NCBI RefSeq assembly: GCF_009914755.1
Contig: NC_060927.1
Length of the DNA stretch: 64,000 bases
Reading direction: 5' to 3' (one strand)
From: the human T2T-CHM13v2.0 reference genome, Homo sapiens
Under the pieces are notes generated by a model. The model ran no database searches, had not been told where the DNA came from, and worked only from the letters and a program-made list of their open reading frames with translations. Below are positions 27,874-48,741 of this stretch, one piece after another. Every line of letters begins with the position of its first letter. Position 1 is the first letter of the stretch. Position numbers and translations under genes: made by a program.

Positions 27874-28899
27874 ATGGGGAGAAACCAGGGCAAAAAGCCT
27901 GAAATTCCAAAAATCTGAATGCCTCTTCTCCTCCAAAGGATCACAACTCCTCACCAGCAAGGGAACAAAACTGGACAGAGAATGATTTTGACGAATTGAC
28001 AGAAGAAGGCTTCAGAAGGTGGGTAATAACAAGCTCCTCTGAGCTAAAGGAACATGATCTAACCCAATGCAAGGAAGCTAAGAAACTTGAAAAAAGGTTA
28101 GACAAATTGTTAACTAGAATAACCAGTTTAGAGAAGAACATAAATGACCTGATGGAGCTGAAAAACAGCATGAGAACGTCGTGAAGCATACACAAGTGTC
28201 AATAGCTGAATTGATCAAGCAGAAGAAAGTATATCACACATTGAAGATGAACTCAATGAAATAAAGCAAGAAGACAAGATTAGAAAAAAAAGAGTGAAAA
28301 GAAACAAACAAACAAACCCTCCAAGAAATATGGGACTACGTGAAAAGATCAAACCTACGTTTGATTGTTGTACCTGAAAGTGATGGGGAGAATGGAACCA
28401 AGTTGGAAAACACTCTTCAGGATATTATCCAGGAGAACTTCCACAACCTACCAAGACAGGCCAACATTCAAATTCAGGAATTACAGAGAACACCACAAAT
28501 ATACTCCTCGATAAGAGCAACCCCAAGATACATAATAGTCAGATTCACAAAGGTTGAAATGAATGAAAAAATGTTAAGGACAGCCAGAGAGAAAGGTCAG
28601 GTTACCCACAAAGGGAAGCCCATCAGAATAACAGCAGATCTGTCAGCAGAAACCCTACAAGCCGGAAGATATTGGGGGCCAATATTCAACATTCTTAAAG
28701 AAAAGAATTTTTAATCCAGAATTTCATATCCAGCCAAACTAAGCTTCATAAGTGAAGGCAAAATAAAATCCTTTACAGACAAGCAAATGCTGACAGATTC
28801 TGTCACCACCAGACCTGCCTTACAAGAGCTCTTGAAGGAAGCACTAAATATGGAAAGACACAACCGGTACCAGCCACTGAAAAACATACCAAATTGTAA
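27874..28899 (+). pseudogene. ORF1: L1 ORF1, disrupted
   Basis: ORF1p fragments in the track (27996-28184, 28340-28714) separated by stops and frameshifts. Confidence 0.9.
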
Positions 28900-28964
28900 A
28901 GACCATTGACACTGAAGAAACTGCATCAACTAATGGGCAAGATAACCAACTAGCTAGCATCACA

Positions 28965-32866
<3,902 letters not shown>

Positions 32867-34245
32867 ACAATGAGAACACATAGACACAGGGAGGGGAACA
32901 TCACACACTGGGGCCTGTCAGGGGGTGGGAAGCTAGGGGAGGGATAGCATTAGGAGAAATACCTAATATAAATGATGGGTTGATGGGTGCAGCAAACCAC
33001 CATGGCACATGTATACCTATGTAACAAACCCGTACATTCCGCACATGTACTCCAGAACTTAAAGTCTAATAAAAAAAAAAAGAAAGAAAAAAAAGAGGAA
33101 GAATTGGAGAGAAAGCTTAAAAGAAAATGGAGAGTTACTATTATCAGTATCTTATAAAGTGGGTAGTAGACAGATACTGTCTAACGTTGACAGGACAAGA
33201 GATGACAGTTTATGTACATATAGGGTGGAGCCAAGATGGCCGAATAGGAGCAGCTCCAGTCTACAGTTCCCAGCGTGAGTGAAGCAGAAGACGGGTGATT
33301 TCTGCATTTCCAACTGAGGTACCGGGTTCATCTCAATGGGGAGTGTCAGAAAGTGGGTGCAGGACAGTGGGTGCACTGCAACGAGCGTGAGCTGAAGCAG
33401 GGCGAGGCCTCACCTCACCCGGGAAGTGCAAGGGGTCAGGGAATTCCCTTTCCTAGTCAAAGAAAGGGGTGACAGATGGCACCTGGAAAATTGGGTCACT
33501 CCCACCCTAATACTGCGCTTTTCCAAAGGTCTTAGCAAATGGCACACCAGGAGATTATATCCCACGCATGGCTCAGAGGGTCCTACGCCCATGGATCCTC
33601 ACTCATTGCTAGCACAGCAGTCTGAGATCAAACTGCAAGGTGGCAGCGAGGCTGGGGGAGGGGCGCCCACCATTGCCGAGGCTTGAGTAGGTAAACAAAG
33701 TGGCCAGGAAGCTCGAATTTGGTGGAGCCCACCGCAGCTCAAGGAGGCCTGCCTGCCTCTGTAGACTCCACCTCTGGGGGCAGGGCATAGCCAAACAAAA
33801 GGCAGCAGAATCCTCTGCAGACTTAAATGTCCCTGTCTGACAGCTTTGAAGAGAGTAGTGGTTCTCCCAGCACACAGCTTGAGATCTGAGAACAGGCAGA
33901 CTGCCTCTTCAAGTGGTTCCCTGACCCCCAAGTAGCCTAACTGGGAGGCACCCCCCAGTAGGGGCAGACTGACATCTCACACTGCCGGGTACTCCTCTGA
34001 GACAAAACTTCCAGAGGAACAATCAGGCAGCAATATTTGCTGTTCACCAATATCCGCTGTTCTGCAGCCTCTGCTGCTGATACCCAGGCAAACAGGGCCT
34101 GGAGTGGACCTCCAGCAAACTCCAACAGACCTGCAGCTGAGGGTCCTGACTCTTAGAAGGAAAAGTAAACACAAAGGACATCCACACCAAAACCCCATCT
34201 GTACGTCACCATCATCAAAGACCATAGGTAGATAAAACCACAAAG

Positions 34246-35261
34246 ATGGGGAAAAAACAGAGCAGAAAAACTGGAAACTGTAAAAATCAGAGAGCCTCTC
34301 CTCCTTGAAAGGAACGCAGCTCCTCACCAGCAATGGAACAAAGCTGGACGTAGACTGACTTTGACGAGTTGAGCAAAGAAACCTTCAGATGATCAAACTA
34401 CTCTGAGCTAAAGGAGGAAGTTCGAACCCATTGCAAAGAAGTTAAAAACCTTGAAAAAAGATTAGACGAATGGCTAAGCAGAATAACCAATGCAGAGAAG
34501 TCCTTAAAGGACCTGATGAGCTGAAAACCATGGCACGAGAACTACGTGGCAAATGCGCAAGCCTCAGTTGCCGATTCAATCAACTGGAAGAAAGGGTATC
34601 AGTGATGGAAAATCAAATGAATGAAATGAAGTGAGAAGAGAAGTTTAGAGAAAAAAGAATAAAAAGAAACGAACAAAGCCTCCAAGAAATATGGGACTAT
34701 GTGAAAAGACCAAACCTACGTTTGATTGTTGTACCTGAAAGTGATGGGGAGAATGGAACCAAGTTGGAAAACACTCTGCAGGATATTATCCAGGAGAACT
34801 TCCCCAATCTAGCAAGGCAGACCAATATTCACATTCAGGAAATACAGAGAATGCCACAAAGATACTCCTCGAGAAGAGCAACTCCAAGACACATAATTGT
34901 CAGATTCACCAAAGTTGAAATGAAGGGAAAAATGTTAAGGGCAGCCAGAGAGAAAGGTCGGGTTACCCACAAAGGGAAGGCCATCGGATTAACAGCTCAT
35001 CTCTCAGCAGAAACTCTATAAGCCAGAAGAGAGTGGGGGCCAATATTCAACCTTCTTAAAGAAAAGAATTTTTAATCTAGAATTTCATATCCAGCCAAAC
35101 TAAACTTCAGAAGTGAAGGAGAAATAAAATCCTTTACAGACAAGCAAATGCTGAGAGATTTTGTCATCACCAGGCCTGCCCTAAAAGAGCTCCTGAAGGA
35201 AGCACTAAACATGGAAAGGAACAACTGGTACCAGCCACTGCAAAAGCATGCCAAATTGTAA
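34246..35261 (+). pseudogene. ORF1: L1 ORF1, disrupted by multiple stops
   Basis: MGKKQSRKTG start with an early TGA; fragment 34701-35021 in the track. Confidence 0.9.
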
Positions 35262-35309
35262 AGACCATCGAGGCTAGGAAGAAACTGCATCAACTAACGA
35301 GCAAAATAA

Positions 35310-39147
<3,838 letters not shown>

Positions 39148-39719
39148 ATAATGAGAACACATGGACACAGGAAGGGGAACATCACACACTGGGGCCTGTT
39201 GTGGGGTTGTGGCAGTGGGGAGGGATATCATTAGGAGATATACCTAATGTAAATGAGTTAATGGGTGCAGCACACCAACAGGGCACATGGATACATATGT
39301 AACTAACCTACATGTTGTGCACACATACCCTAAAACTTAAAGTATAATAAAAAGAAAATAAATACATAAATCAAGTTATAAGAACAGAATATATATATAT
39401 AATATTAGGGATAGATAAGGGGAAAATTGTGTATGTGACACAAATCTCTTATGTGTAGTGAAAAATCCATGTATGTTATCTAAAGTATATAAATCAAGAA
39501 ATTGAAGTATAAACACATTATATCAAATTATAGCATAAGACCTACAAGAAAAAAATTATTTTAAGAACTAAATCTGGTGATTAGTACTAGAAATAAGGAG
39601 TGGTGAGACAAGAGACTACCTATTTTCATCATAAGAATTTCTGTCCCATTTTAATCATTACCATGTAGATATATTTATTTAATGAAAACCAAATAAACAG
39701 AGCTATTTTTATGAGCAAC

Positions 39720-40875
39720 CTTTAAAAAACATTTTTATTGAAGTGTAACAAGCATACTGTCAAGTGCACAAATCTTGATTGCACAGCTCAAGAGCAAGAT
39801 ATAGAATATTTCCAACACCCTAGAAAGCTCCATCCCATTCAATACCCCAAAAGTAACCACTATTCTGACCTCCATCACTACAGATGTTTTACTTGATTTG
39901 ATAATTATATAACTGAAATCATCCAGTATATACTCTTTTGTTTCTGGTGCTTTTTGTTCTCTCGTGTCAGTGAGATTAACTCATGCTGTATGTAGTTGTT
40001 GCCAGGTAGTATTCCATTATACGACTATAACAAAATTTATTCTTATGTTTTGTTGATTGATAGTAAGGTTATTTGTAGCTTAGAGCTATTATGAATACAG
40101 CAGCTATGATCATTCATATATGATCTTTTGATGTACTCTGCACACATTGCAATCTATCCATCTGACAAAGGGATCTAACAAACAGATCTAACCAGTCTAA
40201 CCATCTGATGTCTTTTGATGTACTCTGCACACATTGGCTGTATACCTAAAAGTGAAATTGCTGAGTTGTAAGGTAGATGTGTGTTTTAGATTTTGCCAAA
40301 CTGTTTCTAAGCATGGCTGTATCAATCCCATCAGCACGCATAAATGTTCCAGTTGCTCAACATCCTTACTAACACTTACTACTGTCAGTTTTTTTCATTT
40401 TAGCCTTTCTAATATACATATAGTAGTATGTCATTATGGGTTGGACTGGCATTTCTCTCATAACTAATGAGGTTGAAGATCTTTTTATGTTACTGACCAT
40501 TTGGATATCTTCTTTTGTGAAGTAACTGTCAAGTATTTGCCCATTAAAATAATGTTTGTCTTTCTTTTTCTTGTTCTTTATATATGTTACGTTCCTTATA
40601 TGTGCCATGTACATGCCAAATAGATATAGACGTAAATATAACTATACATGGCAAATAACATATTCTCCTACTTCTACTCTGCGGCATATATTTTCCATTT
40701 CATTCTAGTATTTTCTAGTAAACAGATGTTCTTAATTTTATTGAAGTCCAAGTTATCCATCTATTTTTACAGTTGCTGTTGTTGTATCCTATTTAGAAAT
40801 TTATATCTGCCCCAAGGTCATAAAGATACTTCTACAAAGTTGTCTTTTGAGAAGTCTTATTGTCCTGTCTTTCAT
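39720..40875 (-). mobile_element. Old L1M (L1MD/ME-like) 3' region
   Basis: TTTTTATTGAAGTGTAAC...GTAACCACTATTCTGACCTCC...GACCATTTGGATATCTTCTTTTGTGAAG. Confidence 0.8.
40124..40236. repeat. Perfect 26-bp direct repeats flanking a 61-bp patchwork insert
   Basis: TCTTTTGATGTACTCTGCACACATTG at 40124-40149 and 40211-40236. Confidence 0.95.
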
Positions 40876-40898
40876 ATTTAAGTTTTAATACTTCTAGG

Positions 40899-40900
<2 letters not shown>

Positions 40901-40943
<43 letters not shown>
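40901..40943. repeat. (TC)n(TG)n microsatellite
   Basis: Directly visible. Confidence 0.95.
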
Positions 40944-42879
40944 CTTCTTTTTGTTTTCTACTGCATCCAAACAGCCCTTTTTTGGAGTGGAGGGCACAGA
41001 AGTCCCACGACAGGTGGAAGACAGACCCTAAAGGAGAAAAATTTTCTCTATCAGTTTGCTTGCAGCTATTGCTTGGGCAACCCAGTCTCAGATAATCAGA
41101 TGATTCTGTCTGAGTTGAAAGTGAGTTCTACAAATGCGCAGTGGGGCCCTGAGGGAGCCAAAAGTCCAGAACCACAGAAGCAAGTTTCTGGAGCAAAGCA
41201 CTCCTGGCTGTTAGCAGCAGTGCCAGAATGGTGTCTTTAGCAGATTTACAGTGAGGTCTTCCTCACCAATTCTTCAAGTGTAGTTCTCCATCCCCATCCC
41301 TGTAGATTTTGTGATCTACCCAATATCCTTCCAAAATTTTTCTTTTACTCCAATTAGCACAGGTTTCATGTGAGATCAAGAATTCTGTCTGATAAAAGCA
41401 ACAAATTCAAAACTCTACAAAATGACATAGTCAAGAAAACCACATGCCCACTGGAAGCTGGAGTTACACAGTTATACAGATCCTCATTTGAACTGGGATT
41501 AAAGACATTTCTCAACCATTTCCATAAGCTTCTCTGTGGCTGGGGACAGTTAAAGGAAGGCCCGTCTGAGGGGTAGAGGCAGTGCTGACAATTGGCCTTC
41601 AGCACCAGTTACGGGGTCCTAGCCGTTCGTGAGACAGGCTAATTTGAACACAAAGTTCTAACCCTTTACCCTATTCCCAACATTACCAGGGACTGCTATA
41701 GACATTTTGCTGTGCCTGTTATCTCTGAAGAGAAATTCAGTAAAACAAAATTTTTAAATAATAAACATTAAAATTAATAGAAAATTTCAAATTGTGTTGA
41801 AATTGTCTTAATTAGGAGGAATTTTTAAACATCTCTTTATGATGGAGTACTTTGGAGCATTGATATCAAGCAAGAGGACTTAAAGAGCCTTGTGGAGGAA
41901 AGCAAACACCCCCAGAGTTGCAATTTTTTTTTTTTTTTTTTTTTTGCTAAGGGATTCTCTGCCGCCTGGGGCATGATGTAGGCAAAACTACATTCTTTGA
42001 AAATGTCCATATTGTTTTCCCCTTCTCCCTTTCCTAAACCCTTACCCTAATACTGTATATTAACTTCATAAAGCCAGTGTTTTCCTGATACCTCTTCTGG
42101 AAAACGTCTATCCCTTCCCAAATCCAACCACACTCCTTCAATCCCCTGGAGCTCTCTCTCACTCTCTTTCTCTTTCTCTCCTTCTTTTGCATTCCTGTGT
42201 CATCCTGGGTTCACCCTTATAATAGCATTGATGGCAGTATTCTGTAATCAATGATTTACTATATGTCCCACCCACTGGACTATGAACTTCTTGAGTGAGG
42301 ATCACATGTTGTCTAGTATTCTGGCCCCAGGGACTTACCCAGAGGAATATCTGTTGAGTAAATGACCCAATGAATGGCCAAGTAAATAGAATAACTCAAC
42401 CAGTCATCTTTACTCAAACATTGGCTTTAACTAAAGTGAACATGTAATTTATTCTCTTAACTGTGACCCTATTGAGCAAGAAAGGAAGTGATCATTGGAC
42501 AGTACACTGGGATGACATGCATTCTCCAGGAACAGTCTGAGCAACCGGAAACAGATGGTTACCCTAGCTTTAGCCCATTCTACCCAGGCTGATTTTACCT
42601 TCTCTTGCCATTATATAATGAAAGTGAACCATTGTGTCCTTATCTTTTATAATGAGCACTCTATATAGTGAGGTGGGACTGACGCTTGAGTTAGAGATCA
42701 GAATAAGGGATAATGATTAGAAAGTCATTCTCATTTACCCAGAGGGGGCAAGCAAAAACCACAGGAGAGATCCAAGAGAGAAGTGTTGACTGAGATGACA
42801 GAGACTCAAATTCAGGTACCTGAACACAGGACACACTTGAAGGGAAGAAAAAAGAGCCGAGCCAGAGGGCTCACTAATT

Positions 42880-43070
42880 ATTTCACATATATTTGTTCAT
42901 TTAATTTTCACCTTATGGAACCCTGTAAGATAGGGTGATACTGTTACTCCTACTTTATGGATAACCAAACTGAGGCACAGAGCAGAAGTGACTACTTCCT
43001 AGCTCATAAAGTCAGAAAATGGCAGAGCAAGGATTCAAAGTCAGTTTGGTGGGATTCTAAAGCCCATGAC
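42880..43070 (-). mobile_element. MIR SINE
   Basis: AAACTGAGGCACAGAG...GGCAGAGCAAGGATTCAAA...ATTCTAAAGCCCATG. Confidence 0.8.
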
Positions 43071-43255
43071 TCTAGCCAGGATAGAACAGGTAGAAAAGAA
43101 TTCAGGAAAAGGGGAGTATTTAACACTGTCAAATTCTTGGAGAAGTCAAGGACAAGAAAGCCTGGTTAAAGGTCATCACATTTGACAACTGGGAGACTAA
43201 TCATGACCTTTCCGTGGTCATATTAAGGGAGATTAATAGAATGAATTGATGGGGA

Positions 43256-43898
43256 CAAAAAGTGGGCAAAGAACGAACATGAATAGACATTTCTCAAAAG
43301 AAGATACACAAACATCCAAGAAACATGAAACAATGTTCAACATCACTAATCATCAGGGAACTGCAAATTAAAACCACAGTGATATACTATGTTCCTCCTG
43401 CAAGAATGACCATAATTTAAAAGTCAAAGAACAATAGATGTTGGCATGGATGTGGTGAAAAGGGAACACATTTACACTGCTGGTGGGAATGTAAATTAGT
43501 ACAACCACTATGGAAAACTGTATGGAGATTCTTTAAAGAACTAAAAATATAACTATCATTCAATTCAACAATCCCACTCCTTGGTAACTACCCAAAGGAT
43601 AAGAAGTCATATGAAAAAGACATATGCACATATATTTTTCTAGCAGCACAATTAATAATTGCAAAGATAAGGAATCAGCCTAAGTGCCCATCAACAAATA
43701 AGTGGATAAAGAAGATGTGGTATGTATATATACCATGGAATACTACTCAGCCATAACAAGGAATGAAATAATGGGATTTGCAGCAACCTGGGTGGAATTG
43801 GAGACCATTATTCTAAGTGAAGTAAGTCAGGAATGGAAAACAAAACTTATCCATGTAACAAAAACCACCTCCACCCCAAAAACGATTAAAATAAAAAT
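43256..43898 (+). mobile_element. 5'-truncated L1PB-type 3' end with an internal 3'UTR deletion
   Basis: ORF2 C-terminal sequence and the terminal ATCCATGTAACAAAAACCACCT..CCCCAAAAAC. 16-bp TSD AATGAATTG(A/G)TGGGGA at 43240-43255 and 43899-43914. Confidence 0.85.
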
Positions 43899-45631
43899 AA
43901 TGAATTGGTGGGGAACAAGTGGAGATAATAATATAATAAAAGATAATTACAGGGATATGACTTCATAACAATATACTTATGAATATATGTGTATCTGATC
44001 TATCTACCTATCTATCTCCATAATAATAATTCAGCTAAATTGCCTAACCTGATGGTAGGATTTCATTGCAAATTGGAAAATGCAATGAAAAGGAGCAAAC
44101 TATGAGCTCTATGAGGGCAGGAACCACGTCTTCTTCATCACTATATTCCAAATTTACTGCTATACCCAGATGCCCAATATGTGATGAATTAATAAATAAA
44201 AATGAATAAAATGAGAAAGAAATAAAGGAATGAGCCAAAGTCAGGGTAAGAGGAATGGTTCATGTTTACACCTTGCTTGTTCTTTACAAATAGTACAGAT
44301 CTACCACTGCTATCTATTTACCACGGGACAAGAAACACTTTCTGTACTTTTGCTTAAGGTCCCATAACTTGTGTCAGTGAAAACAGTTTTTCATCTTTTC
44401 CATTTTTTTCCTCTAACCCTTTCCTTACCTACCACTATTTTTTTCTCAAAAGTTAACTTTTATTCCATATCCTCAGATTCCAGGCTTCTTAAAACTGGTA
44501 GAGCATTCATTCTGCCTATCTGCATATCTGTCAGGAAATATTTTTAAAATTACATTATAATAGGAAATCAAGGGCTCCCAGAAGACATAGTAAAGAGCAG
44601 TGGTGATTTACCCATTTCCAAAGTAGAGAACACTTACTTTTCTGTGTTGGACTCCTAGCAACAGAGAAGGCATAGGAGGGATGAGTATTCTATGAATTTG
44701 GTAGTGGGTCCCAAATAGATCCACAGAAATGGGAGATCTTAAATATAGTCCCAGTAATAATGAGTGAGGGGAAATTGACAGAAACCAGCTCTTTCTAAGA
44801 TAACACATTCCCAGAATCAATAAAAGGTCAGCAGGAGTTAAACATCTAAGCTGATAAAGGACAGATCACTAAGGACTCTGGGTTTTGAAAAAATCTCCAG
44901 AGAATGTAGCATATTGAAAGATACTCGATGGATCTGTTTTTCTTGGAAGCAAATAACTCACTGTACTTTGCATACAACATCTGCTACCCCTAGTCCCCAT
45001 CAGCCAGACCTCATTCAACAAAACATTTTTTATACAGCATTTATCAATTTATTGCTCACATAATGTTTTTAGATAAGCACAATAAATATCTTTAAAAAAA
45101 AAAGCCTAAAAGTCAGTAGTCATTCTTCTAAATAGAGAAAGATGACTCTCATAGGCAAAGGCATGGGGAACTCTTAGCTACATCCACAAATTCTCTGTCC
45201 CCACTCACCCTTCAGAGGCAATCAGCCTCTACTCCCATTCGAATTCTACAATTAATCTTCCCAGGAACACATTTTCTCACCTCCCTCTCACCTTCCCTCA
45301 TCCAATGGAACAGAAGAGGAATCCCAAGAGAAATGACTTTCCTAAAAATTCAAGCCTTTAAACATGGATATACTTTTACAATATTTACATCATAAAAGCA
45401 AAATTATGTTATTTGTGTACCATGCAATTCTCATTGGTCAATACTTAATTGGGTGGGGTAGAATCTTGTCACTAAAGATATGACATAATTTGAACTCTAA
45501 TAAGCAAACTATTGGATTTGACTCTAACACTGGAAAATGAAACAAAAGGATAATGTGGCTCTTCAATATTACACTGGAGCATCATCAAACAGACCCACAG
45601 GAGGACTCCTTAATTCTCTAGGAGAATAACC

Positions 45632-46865
45632 ATGGTCAAAACCACAATGAGGAATTATTTTACACAAGTTAAGGTGGCTATTATCAAAAAGACAAAAAAT
45701 AACAAGTGGTGGTGAGGATGTGGAGGAAATGGAACTCTTTTTTTTTTTTAATCAACTTTTAAGTTCCGGGGTACATGTGCAGGATGTGCAGGTTTGTTAC
45801 ATAGGTAAACATGTGCCATGGTGGTTTGCTGCACATAACAATCCATCACCCACATATTAAGCCCAGCACCCATTTGCTGTCCTTCTTGATGCTCTTCCTC
45901 CCCCAAACCTGCTAACAGGCCCCAGTGTGTGTTGTCCCCCACCAATGTGTCCATGTGTTCTCATTGTTCAGCCCCCACTTATAAGTGAGAACACGTGGTG
46001 TTTGGTTTCCTGTTCTTGCGTTAGTTTGCTGAGGTTAACGGCTTCCAGATTCATCCATGTCCCTGCAAAGGACATGATCTCATTTTTTTGGGGGCTGCAC
46101 AGTATTCCATGGTGTGTATGTCCCACGTTTTCTTTATCCAGTCGACTGTTGATGGGCATTTGGGTTGATTCCATGTCTTTGCTATTGTGAATAATGCTGC
46201 AATGAACATACACATGCATGTATCTTTATAATAAAATGATTTATATTCCTTTGGGTGTATACCCAGTAATGGGATTGCTGGATCAAGTGGTATTTCTGCT
46301 TCTGGATCTTTGAGGAATCACCACACTGTGTTCCACAATGGCTGAACTAATTTACATTCCAAAGGGAACTCTTATATACTGTTGGTGGGAATGCAAACTA
46401 GCACAACCACTAGGGAGAACAATATGGAGGTCCTTCAAGAAACTACAAATAGAACTACCATATGATTCAGCAATTCTACTACCAGGATTTTTTCCAAAGG
46501 AAAGGACATCATATATCAAAAATACATCTGCATCTTCATATTTATTGCAGCACTACGCACAATAGCCAAGATATGGAATCAACCTAGGTGTCTAATAATA
46601 GATAAATGGATTAAGAATATGTGGTATATACATGCCATGGAGCACTATTTAGCCATATAAAAGAATAAAATTCTGTCATTTGCAGTAATATAGATGGAAC
46701 TGGAGAACAGTACGTTAAGTAAAATAAGCCAGTAACAGAAAGTTAAACATTACAGTTCTCACTCATATGTGGAAGCTTTAAAAAGCTTGTTTTATAGAAG
46801 TAAAAAGTAGAACAGAGGATACTAGAGTCTGAGAATGGTAGGTAGAGGGAGGGATAGGGAGGATA
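45632..46865 (+). mobile_element. L1MA-type 3' fragment interrupted by a younger L1PA
   Basis: CAAAACCACAATGAG...GGAACTCTT continues collinearly at 46361 into CTCACTCATATGTGGAAGC. Confidence 0.8.
45740..46360 (-). mobile_element. 5'-truncated L1PA (about PA10-PA13) 3' end
   Basis: Poly-T, then TTTTAAGTTCCGGGGTACATGTGCAGGATGTGCAGG and TATTAAGCCCAGCA. 13-bp TSD AAA(T/G)GGAACTCTT at 45727-45739 and 46361-46373. Confidence 0.88.
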
Positions 46866-48449
46866 AGACTCAATGCTGTCCTGAATTCAGGTCTGACCCA
46901 GCACAGTCCCAGTGGTGGTAGCCACAGATGTGCTTGTGTCACCCCTCCTCTAAATCCAGGTGGCTCAGCACAGAAAGAAAGAGAGACTCCATTTGTTTGG
47001 GAGAAAGGGAGGGAAGAGAACAAGAGCATCTGCCTGTTAATCCAGACAACTCTTCTAGATCTTATCCAAGACCACCAAGGCGGTACCTCTACAAGTCTAC
47101 AAAAACACAGTGTTAGTGGGCTTGGAGTATCGCTTAATGCAGGTACAGCTGCAGCGACCACAAACTTAGGTTACAACACCCAATTTCCTTCAAATATCTG
47201 GAAAATCTTATAAAAAAGGATGAGTATAAATGAGCCCAGACTGTGACGACTACAATAAATACCTAATTCTTTAATGCCCAGACACCAATGAACATGCACA
47301 AACATTAATATCATTCAGGAAAACATGACATCACCACATGAACCAAATAAGGCACCATGGACCAATCTCAGAGAAACAGAGATATGTGACCCTTCAGACA
47401 GAGAATTCAAAATAGCTGTTTCGAGTAAACTTAAAGAACTTCAAGATAACACAGAGAATGAATTCAGAATCCTACCAGATAAATTTAACAAGGAAATTGA
47501 AATAATTTAAAAGAGTCAAGCAGAAATTCTGAAGCTGAAAAATGTTAACTGGCACTGAAAAATGCATCAGAGTTCTTTAACAGCAGAACTGATCAAGCAG
47601 AAGAAAGAATTAGTGACCTGGAAGACAGATTTTTTGAAAACAGTCAAATGAGACAAAAAAAAAAAAAGAATAAAAGATGAAGCACACTTACAAGATCTAG
47701 AAAATAGTCTCAAAAGGGCAAATCTAAGAGTTATTGGCCTTAAAGAAGAGGTAGATATGGACATAAAGGTAGAAAGTTTATTCACAGGGATAATAACAGA
47801 GAACTTCCTAAACCTAGAGAAAGATATCAATATCCAAATACAAGAAGGTTATGGAACACAAGCAGATTTAACCCAAAGACTATCTCAAGATTTTTAATAA
47901 TCAAATTCCCAACTGTAAAGGATAAAGGATCCTAAAAGCAGCAAGAGAAAGAAACAAACAATGGAGATCCAATATGTCTGGCAGCAGACTTTTTAGTGGA
48001 AACTTTACAGGCCAGGAGAGAGTGGCATAACATATTTAAGGTGCTGAAGGAAAATATTTTTATCCTGGAATAGTATATCTGGCAAAAATATCCTTCAAAC
48101 ATGAAGGAGAAATAAAGACTTTCCTGGACAAACAAAAGCTGAGGGATTTCATCAACACCAGACCTATCCTACAGGAAACGCTAAAGGGAGTTCTTCAATC
48201 ATAAAGAAAAGAATGTTGACAAGCAATATGAAATCATCTGAAAGCATGAAACTCACTGGTAATAGTAAGTATACAAAAAAAACCCACAAAATATTATAAC
48301 ACTGTAATTGTGGTGTGTACACTACTCATCTGTTAAGTAGAAAGATAAAAAGATGAACCAATCAAAAATAATGACTACAATGACTTTTCAGGACATAGAT
48401 AGTGCAGTAAGATATAAATAGAAATAAAAATTTAAAAGTGGGGAGAAGA

Positions 48450-48741
48450 GGCCAGGTGTGGTGGCTCACACCTGTAATCCCAGCACTTTGGGAGGCCGAG
48501 GTGGGTGGATCACAAGGTCAGGAGATTGAGACCATCCTGGCTAACATGGTGAAACCCCATCTCTACTAAAAATACAAAAAATGAGCCAGGTGTGGTGGCG
48601 GGCACCTGTAGTCCGAGCTACTCAGGAGGCTGAGGCAGGAGAATGGCATGAACCCAGGGGATGGAGCTTGCAGTGAGCTGAGATCGTGCCACTGCACTCC
48701 AGCCTGAGAGACAAAGCAAGACTCCATCTCGAAAAAAAAAA
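48450..48741 (+). mobile_element. AluY-like element, full length
   Basis: GAGACCATCCTGGCTAAC, GAATGGCATGAACCC and GAGCTTGCAGTG diagnostics. Perfect 16-bp TSD AAAAGTGGGGAGAAGA at 48434-48449 and 48742-48757 at a TTT/AAAA site. Confidence 0.95.
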
